The notes beneath the pieces were generated by a model. The model saw only the letters and a program-made list of their open reading frames with translations, was not told the DNA's origin and did not search any database. The position numbers and the translations under genes are program-made. From Bacilli bacterium (GTDB lineage Bacteria > Bacillota_I > Bacilli_A > ML615J-28 > CAG-698), in NCBI GenBank assembly GCA_017450215.1, contig JAFSVH010000063.1:5603-69602 (forward strand): a stretch of 64,000 nt of DNA, in the 5' to 3' direction. Shown in pieces: positions 18,719-28,537 of the stretch (positions are counted from its first letter, which is position 1; every line of letters starts with the position of its first letter).

Positions 18719-20575
18719 TTATTCTTTATTATATTTATAAGTACTTACTATTTCACTTATATATTTTCTCATATCACAGTTTTCATCATATGCTTCTTTA
18801 TAAAGATTTGATAATTGATTATAGAATAATTCATCATCCATTTCTATTGGTTTACCAATATGAATAAGTTTATTCTTAGTGTTTGTTAAGCCTTCTTCTG
18901 CCATTAGCATTTCTTCATACATCTTTTCACCAGGTCTTAAGCCTGTGATTTTAATCTTTATATCTACATCAGGTTCAAAGCCACTTAACTTAATTAAATT
19001 ATAAGCTAAATCATAGATCTTGACAGGTTCACCCATGTCAAGAACAAAGATTTCACCACCATGGGCATAAGCACCAGCTTGAAGCACTAATGATACTGCT
19101 TCAGGTATCGTCATAAAATATCTGATGATATCTTTATGAGTTACTGTGACTGGACCACCATTTTCAATTTGTTTTTTGAATAATGGTATTACACTACCAT
19201 TACTTCCTAATACATTACCAAATCTTACGGCAACAAAGTCAGTTTCACTCTTTCTAGCGTATGATTGAACAATCATCTCACAAATTCTCTTTGATGCACC
19301 CATTACATTAGTTGGATTAACTGCTTTATCTGTTGAAATCAAGATGAACTTTTCAACATTGTATTTATCACTCATTTCAACACAATTAAGTGTACCAAAT
19401 ACATTATTCTTAATTGCTTCATTAGGGCTTGTTTCCATTAGTGGCACATGCTTATGTGCAGCAGCATGGAAAACAACATTTGGACGGTATTTATTAAATA
19501 CATCATCAATTTTGTTTCTGTCTCTGACAGAAGCGATTAATGCGATTATTTTTACATCAGGTAAATTCATCTTCAATTCTTGTTCTATTTGATAAGCATT
19601 ATTTTCATATATATCAAGAATTATTAATAATTTTGGTTTATGTGTAGCAATTTGTCTACACAATTCAGATCCAATAGATCCACCACCACCAGTAACCATT
19701 ACTATTTTATTTTCAATATAACCTAAGATTTCATCTAAGTTTACCTTAATCTCTTCTCTACCTAATAAGTCCCCAATTTCAACATCTCTAACTTGACCTA
19801 AAGATACTTTACCATCAATGATTTGACCCATTCCAGGTATTACTTTAACTTTACATCTTGTCTCTTTACATTTATTAATTATTCTATTCATTGCTTCACG
19901 AGAAGCTGAAGCAATGGTAATGAATATTTCATCAATGTTCTCATTATCACATATATCAGGTATACTATCAATTCCACCTAATACTTTAATACCAATAATT
20001 CTATGTCCAACCTTACTTTCATCATCATCAACGAAGCATATAGGATATACATCTAAAGAATTGTTGTTAATCATTTCTCTAGCAATAATAATTCCAGCTT
20101 CACCAGCACCAACTAGTAATACTCTCTTTTTTCTTTTAAAAGCATCACCTGATAATTTTTGTTTTGTATTGCTTGTTAGTATCCTATACCCAAATCTCAA
20201 TATGCAAGTAAAGAATCCACTAATAATAGTATAACAACAAGCCCATGAAATACTTAATAAATCTTTACCAGACCATCTAGCACTAATAATAGTAATAAAA
20301 TTAATGGCAAACACTATTGCACTAGATAATCCAATTATTACTGCTTCATGCACACTTGCATATTTTAAACTTATTCTATATATTTTAAATATAATATATA
20401 TAAGAATATGAACTGCTGATAAAATTAAAAAATACCAATAAAATTTTTCAATTTGACTTGCAAAAGTATCTAATTCACGATTAAGCAATAAACAAGATAA
20501 GATAGATGCAACAAAAAAAGAACAATAATCATATATTAATACTAATGTTAATCTAAAATTCCGCGATTTACTCAT
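18719..20575 (-). CDS. capD: UDP-GlcNAc 4,6-dehydratase, CapD/PglF family
   Basis: 4 TM, LVGAGEAG, DLLGRE, VTGGGGSIGSEL, HAAAHKHVP, STDKAVNPTNVMGASK, VRFGNVLGS, GLRPGEK. Confidence 0.95.
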   Translation of the reverse strand: MSKSRNFRLTLVLIYDYCSFFVASILSCLLLNRELDTFASQIEKFYWYFLILSAVHILIYIIFKIYRISLKYASVHEAVIIGLSSAIVFAINFITIISARWSGKDLLSISWACCYTIISGFFTCILRFGYRILTSNTKQKLSGDAFKRKKRVLLVGAGEAGIIIAREMINNNSLDVYPICFVDDDESKVGHRIIGIKVLGGIDSIPDICDNENIDEIFITIASASREAMNRIINKCKETRCKVKVIPGMGQIIDGKVSLGQVRDVEIGDLLGREEIKVNLDEILGYIENKIVMVTGGGGSIGSELCRQIATHKPKLLIILDIYENNAYQIEQELKMNLPDVKIIALIASVRDRNKIDDVFNKYRPNVVFHAAAHKHVPLMETSPNEAIKNNVFGTLNCVEMSDKYNVEKFILISTDKAVNPTNVMGASKRICEMIVQSYARKSETDFVAVRFGNVLGSNGSVIPLFKKQIENGGPVTVTHKDIIRYFMTIPEAVSLVLQAGAYAHGGEIFVLDMGEPVKIYDLAYNLIKLSGFEPDVDIKIKITGLRPGEKMYEEMLMAEEGLTNTKNKLIHIGKPIEMDDELFYNQLSNLYKEAYDENCDMRKYISEIVSTYKYNKE

Positions 20576-20912
20576 ATTTCTTATTCCTAATTTCCCCCAT
20601 TAATTTTTCAACTTCTTTATAATAATTAATATTATCTTTAATCCATATATTAAATTCACTTACATCATCTAAATCACATAATTTACCATCATTATCAACA
20701 TGAGAATAATAATATTGAACTAATACAATTTTATCATTATCAAGTATCATATTATCTATATAATTATCATAATTATCAAAATTAGAAATTTCATCAAAAA
20801 ATTCATTCCATTTCTCTTTTTCTTCTTTTGTAATGTGATTAATCACATTATCAAAATAGAACTCTTGAATATAAGCTACTACTTTCTTTTGTATAAAATC
20901 ATGACGCCTCAT
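20568..20912 (-). CDS. Hypothetical acidic protein coupled to capD
   Basis: 114-aa ORF with GAGGTG RBS, overlapping the capD start. Confidence 0.55.
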   Translation of the reverse strand: MRRHDFIQKKVVAYIQEFYFDNVINHITKEEKEKWNEFFDEISNFDNYDNYIDNMILDNDKIVLVQYYYSHVDNDGKLCDLDDVSEFNIWIKDNINYYKEVEKLMGEIRNKKYE

Positions 20913-21160
20913 AATTCACCTCATATAATATTATACACTATTTTATTTATAAAGTAATGTTTATTTGTATTTTACAATTAATAATGACAACAATTCATAT
21001 AAATTTTTGGGGCATTTCCTATTTTTGCCCCATTTGTTTATATCTAATATCCTATTATATTTATATTCTTTTATACAAATAATTGTTTAATCCAATTTAT
21101 ATATAATTATAATTTATGATCTTAATCAAACACTATTGATTATACTATATACCAAACCTC

Positions 21161-21277
21161 GAGGATTTTTAGTTGTAATAAACTTTCTGAATATAAACAG
21201 CGCCTTAACTGACGAACCTAATGCTTATATCATAATTACCTTTCTTAATTGCTTTTTATGCAGAAGTTAAAATCCTC
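21161..21277. other. Long imperfect hairpin (candidate ncRNA or miniature element)
   Basis: Nested inverted repeats GAGGATTTT/AAAATCCTC and AACTT(T)CTG/CAGAAGTT. Confidence 0.4.
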
Positions 21278-21317
21278 AGCACTAACCACGTAAAATACTA
21301 CTTCAATTTCATATAAT

Positions 21318-21392
21318 AAAAAACCACCTTTAGTATTAGCTAAGGCACAGGTATCAATTGACATGGTGCTTAGTTTCCAAGGTGGTATTTTA
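21318..21392. other. Nested stem-loop ending in a minus-strand U-tract (candidate ncRNA or terminator)
   Basis: ACCACCTT/AAGGTGGT outer stem and CTAAG(G)CAC/GTGCTTAG inner stem. Confidence 0.45.
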
Positions 21393-21638
21393 TAAATAAT
21401 CAAGAAAAATTAAATAAATTATTGATTCAATCTATTCTTACTATTAATGATACTTCATTTTATGGAATTTATTTTTTTTATTCACTATTTATTTAGATTG
21501 TAACTTATTAAGCTAGTAGACCACCAGCTTCAAATATACTAAAGTACTCGCTTCTATCCCTCACTCGGGGATTTACATAAAAATTACATTTTTGTAACTT
21601 TTATGTTGTTTTAGATATTAACAAAAAAGTATGATGGT

Positions 21639-22113
21639 TTAGCCATAGTTAAATTCTGACCCGATTATCATAGTAAAGATATTTATATTGTTAATCTCTT
21701 GAATATGTTTATCTAATAAAGATATAATTGACTTTGGTGTTTTCTTCTCGCCTATGCCAATTACTCTTTTATTTTCCTCTTTTAATCTCGTAATAATTCC
21801 AGTAAAATCACTATCTGAAGAAAGTATATAAAATGAATCAACTGCTTTTGTATATAAAATATCCATTGCATCAATAATTAAACTTGAATCCGAAGTATTC
21901 TTGCCAGAAACATAATTGTACTGAGTAACAGTTTTAATAGAGTATTCTTTGCATGCATCTTCCCTTTTTTTTAAGATTATCAACACCACAATAAAGTCTA
22001 CTTATTAAAATTTGTCCATCTTTCTTTATTTCTGTAAAAATATAATCAATATCATTTTAGCTAATATTTTCCCCATCAATCAATACTGCTATTTTATTTT
22101 CTTTGTTCTCCAT
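21639..22113 (-). pseudogene. NYN/LabA (DUF88) nuclease pseudogene
   Basis: ATG 22113: MENKENKIAVLIDGENIS*NDID...; nonsense TAA plus a frameshift near the T8 run at about 21965-21972; then GKNTSDSSLIIDAMD and SSDSDF. Confidence 0.85.
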
Positions 22114-22138
22114 ATACTATGACCTCCTAAAAAAATAA

Positions 22139-23821
22139 TTACTGATTATTTTTTTCTAAATAATCGTTATAGTATTTTTCAAAATCCATATTAAAATTAT
22201 ATTTTGTCAATGCATCACATCGTTGAATAAGTGATTTTGAATCTGTTTTTTTTCTTTGTTCAACTAAAGTATCAAGAAATTCTTTTTTTGTGTCTTCATA
22301 TTGTGAAACAAACTTAGCAATTTCATGACAATATGACCAAACTGAATAATCAATAGTTTTTGCTAAGTCAGGTAAAACAAATTTTGCTTTAGAAAGAGTA
22401 ATTGCAATCTCTTTAGAGTTTTCTTTATTTTTATTATTATATAAAATATCTATTAGAGTCTCATAATCCCTATTTATAATCGAATCCTCTAATATTTCAT
22501 TACTTTTCATTGCTTGAATATTTTTATTTTTATCTTCTATGATTTTTATAAAAGATGATAATCTATTTCTTTTACCAGGATCTTCGCAAAAAAGCAAATA
22601 TTTGTCAAACTCTTTCAAATAATTTTTTCCATCAACATTAGTACACTTTATAAAAGCAGATGATATTTTATCTATTTCTTCTTTAGAGAACTGTTCAAAA
22701 GGGTTTTGTATTAAATCAGCAAGAAGATCCATGTGTTTTTTCTTAGTAAAATCAAATTTTTCAATGCAATTTATGAATTCTTTTTGAAAAATGAGTTTCC
22801 CTTCATCATCTAAATAAAAGAACGTTTTACAAAATGGCTCAACAGACATAATATCATCTTCAGTCTTTTCATCGTCAATTAAATAATCATATGTTCCATA
22901 CAACAAAGCCATGAGTATTAATTTAACATCTTCGTATAAATTTATATTTTCCACATTATCCTTTGTATTAAAAAAGTAGTACAAAGCATTTGCAATACGC
23001 TCATCATTAAACTGTGAAACATCTATTTCATATCTAATTCTATTCAAATCAAAAGTTTTTTCATTATCAAAAAAAGGTCCTTTTTTCTCTTCCCAATATT
23101 CACATCTCAATGCAATTATTATGCACCTTAATAATAAAGAATGATTTTCAAATGAGCCTAACACAGGTTTTAATTTATGATCAGAAAAATATTCAATTAT
23201 TTCATTCATTATACCATTTGCTTTCTTTATTAATCTCAAGTTTTGGTCTGCTACCATTAGAATTCCTTCTTTTTTATCCAAATCAAAACCTAATATTTCA
23301 TCAACATTATCACTATCACCAGTGACAACAAATGCCTTGTCGAATGTCTTTTCAAAATTCTTTTTATAGCTTTCAGTAATAATTATTTCTTCATCATTAA
23401 CAATTGTTAACACTTTAAAGCCCTGCATTTTTAATGATGTTATTAATCCAAACAACTCTTCAAATTTAACATCATTAGACATTCTATCAATATCATCTAG
23501 TATAATTATTCCGCCATTATAAGGTTTTTCTACTGGCAAACTAGGAACAAAATAATGTTTATCGACAGATATAATATATGTTGAGTCAATTCTCACTGAT
23601 AATCTCACAACAATTTCATCAATTGATTTTGCACCAAATAAAGATAAATACATATAGTTTAATTTCTCCTTATTATCTTTTTCATCATTATATTCATTAA
23701 AAAACTTATTAATATTATAAGTTTTGCCGCAACCATATTTTCCTTTGAACAAAACTGTATAGGTTTTATTATCTCTTTTTACATACTCTTTTAAAAAACC
23801 ATTAATCTTTGTTGCAAGCAT
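22139..23821 (-). CDS. KAP-family P-loop NTPase
   Basis: VLFKGKYGCGKT, YLSLFG, IIILDDIDR, FEKTFD, NLR. Confidence 0.75.
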   Translation of the reverse strand: MLATKINGFLKEYVKRDNKTYTVLFKGKYGCGKTYNINKFFNEYNDEKDNKEKLNYMYLSLFGAKSIDEIVVRLSVRIDSTYIISVDKHYFVPSLPVEKPYNGGIIILDDIDRMSNDVKFEELFGLITSLKMQGFKVLTIVNDEEIIITESYKKNFEKTFDKAFVVTGDSDNVDEILGFDLDKKEGILMVADQNLRLIKKANGIMNEIIEYFSDHKLKPVLGSFENHSLLLRCIIIALRCEYWEEKKGPFFDNEKTFDLNRIRYEIDVSQFNDERIANALYYFFNTKDNVENINLYEDVKLILMALLYGTYDYLIDDEKTEDDIMSVEPFCKTFFYLDDEGKLIFQKEFINCIEKFDFTKKKHMDLLADLIQNPFEQFSKEEIDKISSAFIKCTNVDGKNYLKEFDKYLLFCEDPGKRNRLSSFIKIIEDKNKNIQAMKSNEILEDSIINRDYETLIDILYNNKNKENSKEIAITLSKAKFVLPDLAKTIDYSVWSYCHEIAKFVSQYEDTKKEFLDTLVEQRKKTDSKSLIQRCDALTKYNFNMDFEKYYNDYLEKNNQ

Positions 23822-24920
23822 CTTTAACCTCCAATTTAATTACCTTTTCATTTTCAATTGACAAATAATAATCATAGTGAGCACCAACATTACTTTCGAT
23901 TTTCATTATGGCGCTTTCCACTATTCCGTTGTAGTTAAAACATAAACAAAACAAAAAATTCTGTTCAATGCATAAGTTTAATGATGCATTATATTCTTCA
24001 TTGTTAACAATGAATCCTATTAATTTAAAAGAACATCTTGTGGAATTTTTTAAAATAATCTTTTGCTTTCATATTGGAGAATCATCATCTCCATTATTTA
24101 CAGAAATTTCATTAATTTCATCAAATTTATATCTTAGTGGAACATATATTTGAGGTTTATTTGCTTCTTCATTATTTTTCTTTTCCTTTTCTCTTTCAAA
24201 TCCAATTGTCTTTTCAACTCCAAATAGGGTAAAGAAACCTCCTACAATAGCACAGAAACCAGAAATAACTGCAGCTAATACAGCAATAGAAAAACTGTTA
24301 AAAACATCAGAATCGTCTTTTATTGATTTTCTTAATGCGATGTACCAAATTACTATAAAAGTAAATAGAATAAATAATAAAACAATAATAACGTTAGATT
24401 TACTAATACTATTATTTGTATGATTTGCAAAATTTTCTTTTTTAATCGCTTTCCAACTTACTTTCTCTTTTTTAAAATAACCAATTGTAATTAAATATAT
24501 ATTCCTAATTAAAACAATAAAATCAATCCAAATTGTAACATTTAAGAGTAGTATAGCTGAGTTTACTTTTTCTAAATCAATTATTTTATCTCCAGTAACT
24601 TCATCAAATTTAATTGAAAAGCAATCATATCCATATGCAACTGATAAAAATAATATATTTAGCAAAATGCCTATTATAAAAAGAATAAGCTCAACTCTAC
24701 TATTCTTTTCGTCCAATATCTTAAACTTTGTTGTGACATTTATTCCAACTAAAAATATTACTATAGTGTAGCAAGTAGTTATTTCGTTACATAAATTTGT
24801 GGCGAAAGCTCCTGCGAAAATCATCCACACAAAAACAATAGTTATTGATATGAAAAAAACTTGCGCTATACAATTTATTATTTTATAAATTTTATTTTGA
24901 TTATTATTTTTTTTCCTCAT
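23802..24920 (-). pseudogene. Multi-TM membrane protein with one in-frame TGA at 24069-24071
   Basis: The frame stays open for 88 codons after the TGA (KQKIILKNSTRCSFKLIGF...EVKDACNKD) to TAA at 23802, overlapping the KAP start. Confidence 0.7.
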
Positions 24921-25150
24921 TTTTCCCTCCTATTCTTTTGGTTTAAATTAGTTCTTTGGGTTTTTCCCGTTAATTATAGTATACTATAACCGAACTTGAA
25001 AGAATACTATTTTCTTTAATAAAGCAAATGAAAGTTTTTCATTATATATTGTAAAATGCTTATTAACAATCGGACTATAATGTCATTTAATGACATTATT
25101 TTCTTTTAAGTATCTATATAAATGCATTATAGAATAAAGTGTTAATGCAT

Positions 25151-25181
25151 AAAAAAATGCAAACTAATTAAAGTTTGCATT
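25151..25181 (-). terminator. Intrinsic terminator after the LRR remnant
   Basis: AATGCAAACT/AGTTTGCATT stem with a minus-strand U-tract. Confidence 0.6.
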
Positions 25182-25194
25182 AATATAAATAATA

Positions 25195-25531
25195 TTAGTT
25201 TAGCATTGTGAAAGAACAATGTTTTCCATTAAATTCCACATTACTATTTTCATCTAACCAATAATAACTAGTTGCATAGCTCATTGGATTTGCTTTCTCA
25301 TTTTCAAATTCAATATTCTTCCATTCTTCTATTTTCTTAACACTTTCAGGAACTTTTAAACTAATCAACTCACTACAATTGCTAAAAGCTCTTTTGCCAA
25401 TATACGAAACAATATTAGGTATAACTTAATCTTTAAGATATAGATTCTTAACTCCAGTTATAATTATTTCATCATTATCATCAATACTTATTTCAAAATT
25501 ATTTGATTCAGGAATAGCATTCCATTTATCA
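25195..25531 (-). pseudogene. BspA-type leucine-rich repeat (LRR_5) surface protein remnant
   Basis: My translation: KWNAIPESNNFE...IITGVKNLYLKD*VIPNIVSYIGKRAFSNCSELISLKVPESVKKIE...NPMSYA; in-frame TAA and no intact start. Confidence 0.75.
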
Positions 25532-25717
25532 AGAATTGATTATTTATCTTCATTTCCTCCATTACAAAAACTACATCAAATTAGTAATATAGAAATTATA
25601 ATTAAAAAAAAAAAATCTATACATTTTTTATAAAAAAGCCATCAACTCTTTCTTTTTTTAATCATTAAAAAAATCATCACAAGTTTCCTAATTTTAAATT
25701 TAATTATTACAATACCA

Positions 25718-26242
25718 TTATGACAAAAAACAATTAAACTTATTGTTTTTCGAACAACTTTGCATAGAATCATCATTTGATATAATTAAATTTTTAAAAT
25801 CATGCTTATAGTAATAAGTTTTGTAATTTATTACAATAAAAACCTTTTTAACCAAATCAGAATGGGAATTATCCTGCACACAAATTTTCGTTTCTACACA
25901 ATCGCCCGGTTCAAGAACAACACTTGAATGATACACATCAAAATGCATAATATGATTATTAAATCCTTGTCTAACTTCTGATAATGGTTTAGAATACTTT
26001 TGTTTATTACTAAAAAACAAAGTTTTATTAATTATATATCCTAAACCACTTATAGTAAACTTTGAATCTCCAACATTTACTACTCTTATAATACCTTCAT
26101 CTGATAATATCACTTTTTTCTTAATTCTTCTTGCTCTATTTGCTAAATATAAAGAAACTAAAACTGCAAAAAAAGTGCTAAATGCAGCAATAACTTGAAT
26201 CAATTCAGTTAATCCAAAACTCCAATCTGATCCCAATATCAT
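25718..26242 (-). CDS. Hypothetical protein with an N-terminal TM (AFSTFFAVLVSLYLA)
   Basis: 174-aa ORF with AGGGGA RBS. Confidence 0.6.
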   Translation of the reverse strand: MILGSDWSFGLTELIQVIAAFSTFFAVLVSLYLANRARRIKKKVILSDEGIIRVVNVGDSKFTISGLGYIINKTLFFSNKQKYSKPLSEVRQGFNNHIMHFDVYHSSVVLEPGDCVETKICVQDNSHSDLVKKVFIVINYKTYYYKHDFKNLIISNDDSMQSCSKNNKFNCFLS

Positions 26243-26456
26243 TTGTCTATGATCCCCCTTTTAAATCACGCTATTTCCTTTTGGAGAATGTTTATAGCTT
26301 GTAATTGAAAAATATTAGTACTACTTCGAGATTAATTATTAAAAATATTCTATGATATTTATGCTTTAATGACCGCGTTGCAATTAATAAGTACTTTTAC
26401 AAACTGATTACATATGTATTCCAATCTGTTCGCATCAACTTATTATAAAAGACTTA

Positions 26457-27818
26457 TTATAGTTTGGTTTTTTCCTTTAAATCACCTTCAATTTGCTGTA
26501 ATTCTCTAATCATTTTAAGGTCAGTTATCAAATTACAGTACTGCAATGCTTCATTATAGCAATTACAATAATAATGTAATACCGCTAAACAAAAAGTCGC
26601 AATTTCAAATTCAAATTCTTTTTGTTGAGCTTCTATACAATATGACTTTATCCCTTCATAGTATTCAATTGATCTCAATGAGGTTTGTCTAAAATAATTT
26701 TTATATATTCTTAATGCCTCACTATAGTCCTTTTTACAGATCATTAAATAAGCTTTACTTAAAATACCATTACCTTGTAAAGCAACGCTCTTTAATTCCA
26801 AAATACATCTTTTATAGTTTTTATCAAATTCAGTTTTTGAAGTCGATGACCTCATAATGTACTGACACTTTGTCACTAAATAGTTTTTATCGCCTGAATA
26901 GAAAATAAATTTATCAATAAGCGATATTGCTGACACATATTCACGAGATTCTTTCTTTATGTCTAACACATGAAATAATTCACAAACAGATAAATCGTGA
27001 ATATTCGGCAAATTTCTTTTTACACTAGCCGACTCTTTAAGTAAGGGCATATGATATTCAAGTGCCAAATCAAATTGTCTATTTAAACCATATAAGATTC
27101 CAATATAGTAAGTTGAAATGTACGTATATATTTTAGAAACATCAAGAAAATCCTCATATTTATTTTCTAAAAAACAATATAATTCATTACAATCATCAAT
27201 TGTTATTCTCCATTCAATATTCTTTGAAAATATTCTTTTAAAACTATCTAAAAGAAGGACTGAATTAAGTATTTGAATTTTATTAGATCCACGTTTTGTA
27301 GTAATTTCTCCAAAGACAATTATATCTGCCTTCCATATTTTAGTTAGTATTCTATAAACTAAGCTTTTTTTAAAGTTTTTAACATCTCTTTTTTTTATGA
27401 AATTAGACCAATTCTTCCTAGCACAATAATTAGGAACCTTAATTTTTATAGTGTCAGGAATGCATTTTTCCCTCATTTTTTCAATAATATTTCTTGTAAT
27501 TTCAAACACCATTTCATCATGCGAATCATCATCACCGCTGAGCAAAATATACATGTTAATACTTTTCTTATTCCCTATAATAATTCCTAGGTTTATCAAG
27601 ATGATAATCAAAAGAGACAAAAATACGATAGAATTAAATAAAATAAAGTATAGCTTTTTATCAGTAATTCTATCAGTTATATCAATGTAAACATTTCCTA
27701 CTAATGTAATAATTATTAGAACAAGATATGGCTTAAATCCCATAAAATGTTTCCATTTTAACTTTGAAACAGCATTTGATACTTTGCTGAGGCTTTCTAT
27801 TTTATCTTTCATATTCAC
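26457..27818 (-). CDS. Hypothetical protein with 2 TM and a TPR-like C-terminus
   Basis: Two hydrophobic segments at the N-terminus; helical YxxAL patterns (DYSEALRIY, CYNEALQY). Confidence 0.6.
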   Translation of the reverse strand: MNMKDKIESLSKVSNAVSKLKWKHFMGFKPYLVLIIITLVGNVYIDITDRITDKKLYFILFNSIVFLSLLIIILINLGIIIGNKKSINMYILLSGDDDSHDEMVFEITRNIIEKMREKCIPDTIKIKVPNYCARKNWSNFIKKRDVKNFKKSLVYRILTKIWKADIIVFGEITTKRGSNKIQILNSVLLLDSFKRIFSKNIEWRITIDDCNELYCFLENKYEDFLDVSKIYTYISTYYIGILYGLNRQFDLALEYHMPLLKESASVKRNLPNIHDLSVCELFHVLDIKKESREYVSAISLIDKFIFYSGDKNYLVTKCQYIMRSSTSKTEFDKNYKRCILELKSVALQGNGILSKAYLMICKKDYSEALRIYKNYFRQTSLRSIEYYEGIKSYCIEAQQKEFEFEIATFCLAVLHYYCNCYNEALQYCNLITDLKMIRELQQIEGDLKEKTKL

Positions 27819-27905
27819 ACCATTTAATTTTCATATTAGTCTGTTCAATAAAACTAATATTTATACTTATATGTTATTTATTCTATACTAAATTAGCAGC
27901 CAAGT

Positions 27906-27939
27906 CAAACAAAAACTGGACTATAGTCCAGTTTGTTTG
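27906..27939. terminator. Hairpin with a perfect 22-bp palindromic core
   Basis: AAACTGGACTATAGTCCAGTTT (27913-27934) extended by CAAAC/GTTTG. Confidence 0.55.
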
Positions 27940-28030
27940 CTAATACTATCAATTGACTCATTAATGATATTTATTTCCTTCTAGTATATCAGCAATTCTC
28001 TCACAAGCATATCCATATCCTAGAATTAAT

Positions 28031-28390
28031 CTACTGATTATTAATAAAATAATCCAACGCATCATATTTGCTGAAGCCATAATAGCTAGGGCGTCCATAT
28101 ATACCACCTAATCCAGGTATTCCAGGCTTTCCGGGAATACACGCCACTCCATGCGTAGCGCTGATTCCAGGATTATAAGGCAATCAAGTAGAACCCTTCA
28201 AAAAAGCAATAATTCCATTTTCTATATCAAATATTTTGCCAGCTTCAAACCAACCAATATGCCTACCATTTTTCAAAGAATAAACATAGTTGCCAAAAAT
28301 CCAGCATAAGTTCTCACCATGTCTACTAATTAATCTGTCATCACATTTATAAAAAACAGCCTGACCATGTTTATCATAAAACCATTCCAT
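28031..28390 (-). pseudogene. Small beta-repeat protein with Pro/Gly-rich tail (4-fold beta-flower-like), one in-frame TGA at 28184-28186
   Basis: ...GRHIGWFEAGKIFD...AFLKGST*LPYNPGISATHGVACIPGKPGIPGLGGIYGRPSYYGFS...NNQ*; 50 open codons after the TGA. Confidence 0.65.
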
Positions 28391-28537
28391 ATAATTCTCT
28401 CCTTTTTATATTAAAAAATACTTTATATTTGTCGAATACATATGAATTATTAAGAATGGGCGAGTTTTAAAAATAATTTATACCATCATTTACTGCTTAA
28501 TTTATTCGATGAAAACAAACCGAGCACAAAAGACTCA

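Noticed and set aside
21205-21245. CTGACGA resembling a hammerhead ribozyme core
   Set aside because: No stem II followed by GAAA and no compatible stems I and III
25604-25615. Poly-A run as a phase-variation tract
   Set aside because: Lies upstream of an already fragmented LRR pseudogene, and such runs are expected at this AT content
20913-28537. Classical integron or prophage
   Set aside because: No integrase, no phage genes, and no convincing RYYYAAC...GTTRRRY attC pattern by eye; kept only as a hotspot hypothesis
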